Shown here: one piece after another, positions 57,094 through 64,000 of the stretch | Position numbering within the stretch: position 1 is the stretch's first letter | How the letters are laid out: every line of letters starts with the position of its first letter | Source: Candidatus Saccharimonadales bacterium | GTDB taxonomy: Bacteria > Patescibacteriota > Saccharimonadia > Saccharimonadales > OMJO01 | Direction of reading: 5' to 3' | Length of the DNA stretch: 64,000 nt | NCBI GenBank assembly: GCA_035480035.1 | Contig: DATIID010000001.1 | Location: forward strand, 201,323-265,322 | Program-made: the position numbers and the translations under genes | The notes under the pieces: model-generated | Databases searched by the model: none | What the model saw: the letters and a program-made list of their open reading frames with translations, nothing else | What the model was told of the DNA's origin: nothing

Positions 57094-60000
57094 ATGAGTT
57101 TATCCAAGCCAAAAGGCCGTAAACCGAAGGGTAATACTTACGTCACCCGCAGCGGTCAGACTATTAAACTCAATCGTAATTTAATTGAAAGATTTAAGGC
57201 CAGTAAAGAATCTCGTTCGATTGAACGGGCTAAACGCTTAGCCGGATTACCTAAATCACGCTTCAAACGACTACTCTATCACCTTCAACCCAGCCGAATG
57301 TACCACTATTGGTTCAGCCGTGAGGGAGCCGTTATGGCCCTTAAAATTACTGGCATTGGCATTGTGGCTTGTTTTGTTTTACTGGTTGGTGCGTTTGCTT
57401 ATTTCAGAAAGGATCTGCCCAACATTGCTGATATCTCGGGCAAGAATATTGGTGGCAGCGTCCGTTATTATGACCGCAGTGGCAAAGTTTTACTCTGGGA
57501 AGACGTTAACGGCGTTAAGCGAATTCCGGTTAAAAATGATGACATCTCCCCATATATTAAGGATGCTACGGTATCTGTCGAAGATAAAGACTTCTTTCAC
57601 CACGGTGGATTTGATATTCGAGGCATCATTCGCGCGGCACTTAATAACTTGCTCGGCCACGGTTATACCCAAGGTGGTTCGACAATCACCCAGCAACTTG
57701 TCCGTCTTACTAATACCAAGGTTGGTTATCAACAAACTATCACCCGTAAGATTAAAGAACTCATTTTAGCAGTTGAGTTGGAGCGGGAATATTCTAAAAA
57801 AGACATCTTGGTTGGCTATCTTAATACCGCGCCGTATGGTGGTATTGAATACGGCGTCGAAGCCGCAGCTCGTGACTACTTCCATAAATCAGCTAAAGAC
57901 CTAACGCTTGATGAGGCAGCCATGTTAGCGGCTATTCCAAAAGCCCCTTGCTACTATTCTTTTTACTGTACTGATGGTTTTGATAAACAAGCCTTGGTCG
58001 GGCGACAACATTATATTTTGGACTTGATGGCTCAACAACATATGATTACTGACAAGCAGCGTGATGCCGCTAAGAAAGTTGATACGGTGGCGACCATCAA
58101 GCCACGGCCTGCCCAGTATGAAGGCATCCGGGCGCCCTGGTTTGTGTTAGCCGCTCGTAACGAGTTGGAAAATCGTTACGCCGAAAATGCTAACCGCAGC
58201 GGCTGGAATATTGTCACAACTCTTGATTTAGGACTTCAGAAAAAAGCCGAAGATACCGTGGCCGCCAACATCCCAAGTTTAACCACTAAAACCCGTGGCG
58301 CGGCTGATGAAGAAGCGATTGTTATGGAGGACGTACCAACCGGACAAATTGTCGCCTTAGTTGGTGGAACGGATTTTACTAACCCCGATCATGGACAAAA
58401 CAATTATGCAGCCCAAATATTAATTCCGCCGGGATCGAGTTTTAAGCCTTACGACTACACGACTTTAATTAACAACAATAAAAACATTGGCGCTGGCTCG
58501 GTACTTTATGATAGAGAGGGCCCACTGCCAGGTTATCCGTGTACCACTCATTTTATTAATTCCAGAAATGTTGGGAACTGTTTGAGAGACTATGATGGTT
58601 ATCAACCCGGGCCTCTGACCTTACGTTATGCACTGGGTGGCTCACGTAATATTCCGGCCGTAAAAGCCATGCTTAGTGCCGTACCAAACGACACGAGTCC
58701 GGGTCGAGTTGATTCAATTAATAAGACAATCTCTACTGCCAGTGCAATGATGGACAATCCTTATAACTCCAGTACTTATAATTGTTATGCCGATGAACAA
58801 TTGAAGACTAAGTCACAATGCTATGGTGCTTCAGCCATTGGTGATGGTGCTTTTTTGCACCTTGATGATCATGTTAATGGGCTAGCTACTTTGGGACGTT
58901 TAGGTCAAGCTATTCCTAAAACCTACATTTTGAAAATTCAGGACTCAGGCAATAAGACCTTATTCGAATACAAGCAACCCAAAGGTAAGCAAGTCATCCA
59001 ACCCGACACCGCCTACATCGTTGACGATATGGCCAGCGACCCGCGAGCTAGTTACCTACCTGGTCATTGTACTGACTCCAACTGTAGCGCGTTACCCAGT
59101 TTCGGTTATAAGTTCCACCGCTTTAACGGCTGGAAATTTGCAATCAAGACTGGCACGACTAACAATGGTTTTGACGGTTTAATGACAAGCTGGTCGACTA
59201 AATATGCCGTTGTATCCTGGGTCGGTAATCATTTTCGTAATCTAGATCTGAACCGCTATGGCTACTCAATGGAGTACCTGACTGAACCACTAACCAGACC
59301 AATGATGGAAGCCGGCCACACTGGGTTGCAAGCTCAAAATTGGGCTCAACCAGCTGACGTTAAATCTATGCCAGCTTTCGTAGTACGTAACCATGTTCAC
59401 TACGGTGATATTGAACCTAGCCCAAGTAACGATTTGTTCCCATCTTGGTACAATGCTCCGAGTCGCTCCAGTAGCTCGCAGACCATTGATATAGTGTCGA
59501 ATAAAATCGCGACTGACTGTACGCCTCAACTGGCTCGCAAGACTGATAGTAACGCCAACTCCAACATTTATTCGGTTGACGTCTTCGTCGGTGGCGGCAA
59601 CAGTAATAGTGGCACCAGCGCCAAAGATGATGTCCACAGTTGTGATGACATTAAACCGTCGATTAGTATTGTCAGCGCACCGCAAAGTTGTAACGGCAGT
59701 TGTACGATTGTGGTATCGGTAAATGCCGGCACTCATCCTTTATCCAGTGACACTTATAAAGGTACGGTTAATATAATCATTGATGGCCAGACTATCCAAT
59801 CATTTGAAGTCGATGACTCAGGTACAACATCATTAACTTTTAATTATAACGGTGGTGGCACCAAGGATGTTTCCACTCAAGTCATTGATAGTGTACTCTA
59901 TGATTCAACCTCAGATTCGGCTAGTATTGATTTTTCATCTGGCGGCGGCGGTACTTTAACCTTCAATACTGCTCATGCCGCCGGCGGACACACTAACTTT

Positions 60001-60183
60001 AATTGGTCGGGTGGCACACCAACTTATACAGTTTATTTAGGTGCGGTATCGCCAGCTAACCAATTACTTAATTGTACCGATGTCAACACGTCCAACTGCC
60101 AAACACCCGCTGCACTGCCTAACGGTACGACTGTGATTGTTCAAGACAGCGATGGCAATACTGACAGCCGACAAGTTAACTAG
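57094..60183 (+). CDS. Class A penicillin-binding protein (glycosyltransferase + transpeptidase) with a ~240-aa C-terminal extension
   Basis: N-terminal TM anchor. GT51 motifs (EDKDFFHHGG, GGSTITQQL). Transpeptidase motifs SSFKP and KTGT. The C-terminus is G/S/T/N-rich with paired Cys. Confidence 0.93.
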   Translation: MSLSKPKGRKPKGNTYVTRSGQTIKLNRNLIERFKASKESRSIERAKRLAGLPKSRFKRLLYHLQPSRMYHYWFSREGAVMALKITGIGIVACFVLLVGAFAYFRKDLPNIADISGKNIGGSVRYYDRSGKVLLWEDVNGVKRIPVKNDDISPYIKDATVSVEDKDFFHHGGFDIRGIIRAALNNLLGHGYTQGGSTITQQLVRLTNTKVGYQQTITRKIKELILAVELEREYSKKDILVGYLNTAPYGGIEYGVEAAARDYFHKSAKDLTLDEAAMLAAIPKAPCYYSFYCTDGFDKQALVGRQHYILDLMAQQHMITDKQRDAAKKVDTVATIKPRPAQYEGIRAPWFVLAARNELENRYAENANRSGWNIVTTLDLGLQKKAEDTVAANIPSLTTKTRGAADEEAIVMEDVPTGQIVALVGGTDFTNPDHGQNNYAAQILIPPGSSFKPYDYTTLINNNKNIGAGSVLYDREGPLPGYPCTTHFINSRNVGNCLRDYDGYQPGPLTLRYALGGSRNIPAVKAMLSAVPNDTSPGRVDSINKTISTASAMMDNPYNSSTYNCYADEQLKTKSQCYGASAIGDGAFLHLDDHVNGLATLGRLGQAIPKTYILKIQDSGNKTLFEYKQPKGKQVIQPDTAYIVDDMASDPRASYLPGHCTDSNCSALPSFGYKFHRFNGWKFAIKTGTTNNGFDGLMTSWSTKYAVVSWVGNHFRNLDLNRYGYSMEYLTEPLTRPMMEAGHTGLQAQNWAQPADVKSMPAFVVRNHVHYGDIEPSPSNDLFPSWYNAPSRSSSSQTIDIVSNKIATDCTPQLARKTDSNANSNIYSVDVFVGGGNSNSGTSAKDDVHSCDDIKPSISIVSAPQSCNGSCTIVVSVNAGTHPLSSDTYKGTVNIIIDGQTIQSFEVDDSGTTSLTFNYNGGGTKDVSTQVIDSVLYDSTSDSASIDFSSGGGGTLTFNTAHAAGGHTNFNWSGGTPTYTVYLGAVSPANQLLNCTDVNTSNCQTPAALPNGTTVIVQDSDGNTDSRQVN

Positions 60184-60185
60184 AT

Positions 60186-61529
60186 TTATTTTTCAAGAAA
60201 CTTATTTAGGGCACTCCGGACGTCTTTCATGCCAACATATTTAGCTGGCGTTTTGGTGCCCTTAGTAACCGGCCCAATAGCTCCATCAAAACCAAGTTTC
60301 TTAGCTTCGGCCAGTCGTTTATCGATAAATGGTACGTCGCGAATTTCACCCGACAAGCCAACCTCACCAAAAACTACGGCATTGGTCTTTAACTGCAACC
60401 CCCTGGTGGCTGAGGCAATCGCCATGCAAATGGCGAGATCAGCGGCTGGCTCGGTTAAAACAATGCCACCAACGATATTAATATAGATATCCATGTCGGA
60501 CAGATTAAGACTGGTACGGCGCTCGAGCATAGCGACCAACAAGTTTAAACGATTCAAACTTAGGCCGCCAGATGCCCGCTTAGGATAACCATAATTAGTT
60601 TTATTAACCAAAGCTTGAACTTCAACCAAGACCGGGCGGGTACCTTCCATGGTAGCTAGAACAACTGAACCATCACTAATTTGACGCTCTGCTAACAATG
60701 CCGCCGACGGGTTAGTAACTGGCTGAAGACCCTTATCAGTCATTTCAAAAATACCAGCTTCATTGGTTGAGCCATACCGATTTTTAACGGCCCGAAGTAC
60801 TTTGAAACCACCATAGCGATCGCCTTCCAGTTGTAACACCACGTCAACTACATGTTCCAAAACTTTTGGACCAGCAATCGAGCCTTCTTTAGTAACATGG
60901 CCGACTAAAATCAAAGCACAACCGGATTGTTTGGCGGCAACAGTTAAAAGTGTGGTGCTGTTTGTGATTTGGCTGACGCTACCTGGTGCTGAAGCAATTG
61001 CTGAACACGTAATGGTTTGGATAGAATCAACAATAACTAATTTGTAATCATTTTGGCTAATCGTTAAAGCAATGTCATCAGCCGAGGTGCTAGTTGCTAA
61101 TTGGAGGTTTTTACCGATCGTACCGAGACGTTCAGCTCGAAGGCCAATCTGATGGGCTGACTCTTCACCGCTAATATACAAGACCGGATATTTTTTGGCT
61201 AAGATATAAGCTAACTGAAGGAGTAATGTGCTTTTACCAATGCCGGGTTGACCGGCAATTAAGTTAACACTGCCGGCCACTATGCCACCCCCAAAAACGA
61301 TATCAAATTCACCTAAACCCGAAACTAACCTAGCCTGGTCTTTAGCTAGCGAAGCGGTAACCGTTTGGGTTTTTAAGGCTTGGCCCGTACGATTACTGCC
61401 AGAACTGCCAACGTTTAATTTTTCTTCTAAAGTATTCCACTCACCACAACTAAAACAACGACCACTCCAGGTTGAACTGACTGCCCCACAATTTGAGCAA
61501 ACATATTGAACTGTATCCCGTTTGGCCAT
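60186..61529 (-). CDS. radA: DNA repair protein RadA (Sms)
   Basis: N-terminal zinc finger CSNCGA...CFSCGEW, Walker A GQPGIGKST, KNRYG motif and a Lon-like C-terminus. Confidence 0.95.
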   Translation of the reverse strand: MAKRDTVQYVCSNCGAVSSTWSGRCFSCGEWNTLEEKLNVGSSGSNRTGQALKTQTVTASLAKDQARLVSGLGEFDIVFGGGIVAGSVNLIAGQPGIGKSTLLLQLAYILAKKYPVLYISGEESAHQIGLRAERLGTIGKNLQLATSTSADDIALTISQNDYKLVIVDSIQTITCSAIASAPGSVSQITNSTTLLTVAAKQSGCALILVGHVTKEGSIAGPKVLEHVVDVVLQLEGDRYGGFKVLRAVKNRYGSTNEAGIFEMTDKGLQPVTNPSAALLAERQISDGSVVLATMEGTRPVLVEVQALVNKTNYGYPKRASGGLSLNRLNLLVAMLERRTSLNLSDMDIYINIVGGIVLTEPAADLAICMAIASATRGLQLKTNAVVFGEVGLSGEIRDVPFIDKRLAEAKKLGFDGAIGPVTKGTKTPAKYVGMKDVRSALNKFLEK

Positions 61530-61570
61530 ATATGTTATTGTAGCCTATTTAATTCGACAAACTGTAAATT

Positions 61571-62539
61571 TTATTGCCCCTGAACCGTATCTGGCCGACT
61601 GTCTATGGCCTTTATTAGCTGGTTTTCCTCAAGTGCCAAGTTATTACGCTCTCGAACTAGTACATTATACTGATCAATCAAAGCTCTAACGGCGGCCACA
61701 TCATGATTGTATTTAGTAACAAGATCGTTAAATGGACCGACCGCAGCGTTATAAGCCTGATAATTCTTATCATTTAGTAATCGTTGCATCTGCTGGCGCT
61801 GAGAGTTTAGGTTATTAAGTTGCTGACTAAGTGAGTTTTCAAGTTGATCAATGTTCTTTTTAAGTGTATTTATCTGGAAATCATAATCTTTAACGGCTTT
61901 TTGTCGCTCAGTAAAAGCCTGTTCATACTGCTGGGAATATTTAACTATCTTGGCTCGGTCATCAAAGTAACGTTTATAATAGTTTTCTAACTCCGGCGGT
62001 AAATTAGAGACTTCAGTACCCAAAATGGAGTGCAGTTCGTTGGTTGTGTCAGCGCCAGCTTTTTTATAATCGGCAATCGTGTCACGAATTCGCTGATCGG
62101 TAACGCTTGTATAAGCTTTCAAAATTAAACCATCAACGTGACTTTTATCGGCTGGGCTAAGCCGATCGTAGGCAGCATGTAGCATTTCATGAGCAGCAGT
62201 AACTTGCAAAACCCCATTGAGACGCGAATCAGCCACGTTATAAATGTAGATACCTCGTCTGTTAACATAACAGCCCAGTACAATTGTTTGCTCATTTTGA
62301 GTACAACTATCACTAAACTGATCTTTGTTCTCAATCAACGGATGATAAACATAGAATAAATGACGTGCACGACTATTCATTGTCGTATCGGTCGCTAGTT
62401 CGGTAACTTGAACCGATGGCTGATAGTTATATAGACGCAACCAATCAAATATGGCTTGGTGTTGCCACCAACCTACTGCCAGCAATAGCCATAACAACAC
62501 AACAATAAATAACGACCAACGGCGACCTGATGTCTTCAT
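61571..62539 (-). CDS. Hypothetical membrane-anchored protein with an HEMLH motif and a Q/N-rich coiled-coil C-terminus
   Basis: N-terminal TM helix (WSLFIVVLLWLLLAVGWW). HExxH (AAHEMLHAAY). The C-terminal ~110 aa show a heptad-like, Q/N/L-rich pattern. Confidence 0.7.
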   Translation of the reverse strand: MKTSGRRWSLFIVVLLWLLLAVGWWQHQAIFDWLRLYNYQPSVQVTELATDTTMNSRARHLFYVYHPLIENKDQFSDSCTQNEQTIVLGCYVNRRGIYIYNVADSRLNGVLQVTAAHEMLHAAYDRLSPADKSHVDGLILKAYTSVTDQRIRDTIADYKKAGADTTNELHSILGTEVSNLPPELENYYKRYFDDRAKIVKYSQQYEQAFTERQKAVKDYDFQINTLKKNIDQLENSLSQQLNNLNSQRQQMQRLLNDKNYQAYNAAVGPFNDLVTKYNHDVAAVRALIDQYNVLVRERNNLALEENQLIKAIDSRPDTVQGQ

Positions 62540-62563
62540 GCTTAATTAGTATACCAACCTGGC

Positions 62564-64000
62564 TCAAGCTTTAGCCGACTGCAAATGTTCGCTGACAATT
62601 GAATAATCCAGCTCGCCATTTTTGATACTAACTTGAATAATGTCGCCGGCTTTGTATTTATCATCTAGTAAACCAGTTGCAACTTGATCTTCTAGTGTCT
62701 CAGTAATCAAACGCCTAAGTGGTCGAACCCCGTTTTTGGCGTCATAACCATTATCCAGTAAGTACTGTTTGGCGGTCATTGATAAGTTAATTCCAATGCC
62801 TTTTTTAACAATCCTTTGTCTTAATTCGTCAATTTGTAGATCCAAGATTTTTAGAACATCTTTTTTGGTCAAGGCTCGAAAAACAATTATTTTATCAATG
62901 CGATTAAGTAGTTCCGGTCGCATCATTTTCTTAACTTCATCCATAACCTTATCACGGTTACTGTTGTGGAGGGCATCAAGATCTTTTAGATCACTGGTAC
63001 GATTAGCTTGAAAACCAAAATTGGCTTCTTTCTGAAGTTTTTCAGCCCCCAAGTTGCTGGTCATAATAACTATAGTGTTACTAAAATCAATCTTACGGCC
63101 TTTGGCGTCAGTTAGGACACCATCTTCCAAGATCTGAAGCAACATATTAAAAACTTCCGGGTGGGCCTTTTCAATTTCATCAAACAACACCAGACTGTAG
63201 GGTTGTCGTCGGATTTTATCGGTTAACTGGCCGCCGTCATCATAACCAACGTAACCGGCCGGAGCACCGACTAGACGTGAAACAGTATGATGTTCACCGA
63301 ATTCGCTCATATCAATCTTAACCAGAGTATCTTCGCTACCGAAGAATTCCCTGGCTAACACACGGGCTAATTCGGTTTTACCCACGCCAGTAGGTCCCAT
63401 AAAGATGAACGAGCCAATTGGCCGTTTGCTGTTACCAATACCAACGCGGTTGCGTCGAACTGCTTTCGAAACAGCCGAGACTGCTTCTTGTTGGCCAATG
63501 ACATAACGGGCTAGATTCTTCTCTAGATTAAGTAAATATTTAGCTTCTGAACGGATTACTTTAGTAACGGGCACGCCGGTCATTCTAGCCACTACCTCAG
63601 CTACGTCATCACTGGTCATGGTAAGGCTATTAGCGCCTTTGCCGCTCGCTGATAGCTTTTTCAATTCGTCCTGAATTTGGCTAGCGCGTTGCTTGTATTT
63701 AGCGGCTTGCTCATAATCTTCGGCTTCACCGGCTTCGTCTTTACGGACATTGACTAGTTTAAGTTCTTTTTGAAGCTTGCGAACTTCCGGTGAGGTTTTG
63801 CCTTTATCAACTCTTAGATAGGCAGCAGTTTCATCCATTAAATCAATGGCTTTGTCGGGCATAAAACGATCATTTACATAGCGCTTGGCCAAAGCTACAG
63901 TATCTTCAATCACTTCATCACTAATCTTAACGTTATGAAACTGTTCGTAGTGCTTACGCAAGCCCTTTAAGATGGCATTTGACTCGCTGACAGTGGCTTC
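62564..64000 (-). CDS. clpC: ATP-dependent Clp protease ATP-binding subunit ClpC (5'-truncated by the window edge)
   Basis: The frame stays open to base 64000 (…EATVSESNAILKGLRKHYE…), and the track's start at 63961 is an internal TTG. UVR-like linker (EDYEQAAKYKQRASQIQDELKKL). D2 has GPTGVGKTELARVLA and LVLFDEIEKAH. Confidence 0.93.
   Translation of the reverse strand, partial: EATVSESNAILKGLRKHYEQFHNVKISDEVIEDTVALAKRYVNDRFMPDKAIDLMDETAAYLRVDKGKTSPEVRKLQKELKLVNVRKDEAGEAEDYEQAAKYKQRASQIQDELKKLSASGKGANSLTMTSDDVAEVVARMTGVPVTKVIRSEAKYLLNLEKNLARYVIGQQEAVSAVSKAVRRNRVGIGNSKRPIGSFIFMGPTGVGKTELARVLAREFFGSEDTLVKIDMSEFGEHHTVSRLVGAPAGYVGYDDGGQLTDKIRRQPYSLVLFDEIEKAHPEVFNMLLQILEDGVLTDAKGRKIDFSNTIVIMTSNLGAEKLQKEANFGFQANRTSDLKDLDALHNSNRDKVMDEVKKMMRPELLNRIDKIIVFRALTKKDVLKILDLQIDELRQRIVKKGIGINLSMTAKQYLLDNGYDAKNGVRPLRRLITETLEDQVATGLLDDKYKAGDIIQVSIKNGELDYSIVSEHLQSAKA

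Overview
The window is core genome from a small, streamlined bacterium that uses the standard genetic code. TGA is used as a stop at many conserved ATGA gene junctions. About 90% of the genes lie on the minus strand.

Gene content, in window order:
- 259-6661: secE-nusG-rplK-rplA, followed directly by a dTTP-synthesis module (tmk, dcd, and a Tmk-like/ThyX fusion).
- 6738-16953: an orphan PAS histidine kinase, a P-loop kinase plus DUF45 metallopeptidase pair, four of the window's five tRNAs (Trp-CCA, Thr-GGT, Tyr-GTA, Thr-TGT; Leu-TAG lies later at 51506-51590), rpmG, a membrane-anchored double-AAA+ Clp-like ATPase, holB, a pseudouridine synthase and trpS.
- 16993-38445: a nearly complete ribosomal super-operon (rpsI, rplM, rplQ, rpoA, rpsD, rpsK, rpsM, rpmJ, infA, secY, then rplO through rplC), then rpsJ, tuf, fusA, rpsG and rpsL.
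- 38534-64000: rpoC, rpoB, clpP, tig, hisS, rsmD, recG, tyrS, a class A PBP, radA and a 5'-truncated clpC.

rpmD (L30), adk and map are absent from their usual slots. Many ribosomal proteins carry K/A/E-rich tails. By inference only, both points fit a Patescibacteria/CPR (Saccharibacteria-like) origin. I saw no CRISPR array, transposase, integrase, rRNA gene or prophage.

Most worth a second look:
1. Lineage-specific ORFs sit inside junctions of the translation operons that are normally invariant: rplB|rpsS, rpsG|fusA, fusA|tuf, rpsJ|rplC and nusG|rplK. Several are translationally coupled to their neighbours.
2. A Tmk-like domain is fused to a tandem ThyX whose two halves carry complementary degenerate active-site motifs.
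3. A membrane-tethered Clp/Hsp100-like ATPase is coupled to a small membrane protein.
4. TyrRS has a TrpRS-like TIGN motif in place of HIGH.

All functional calls come from reading the translations and motifs. No database search was possible.
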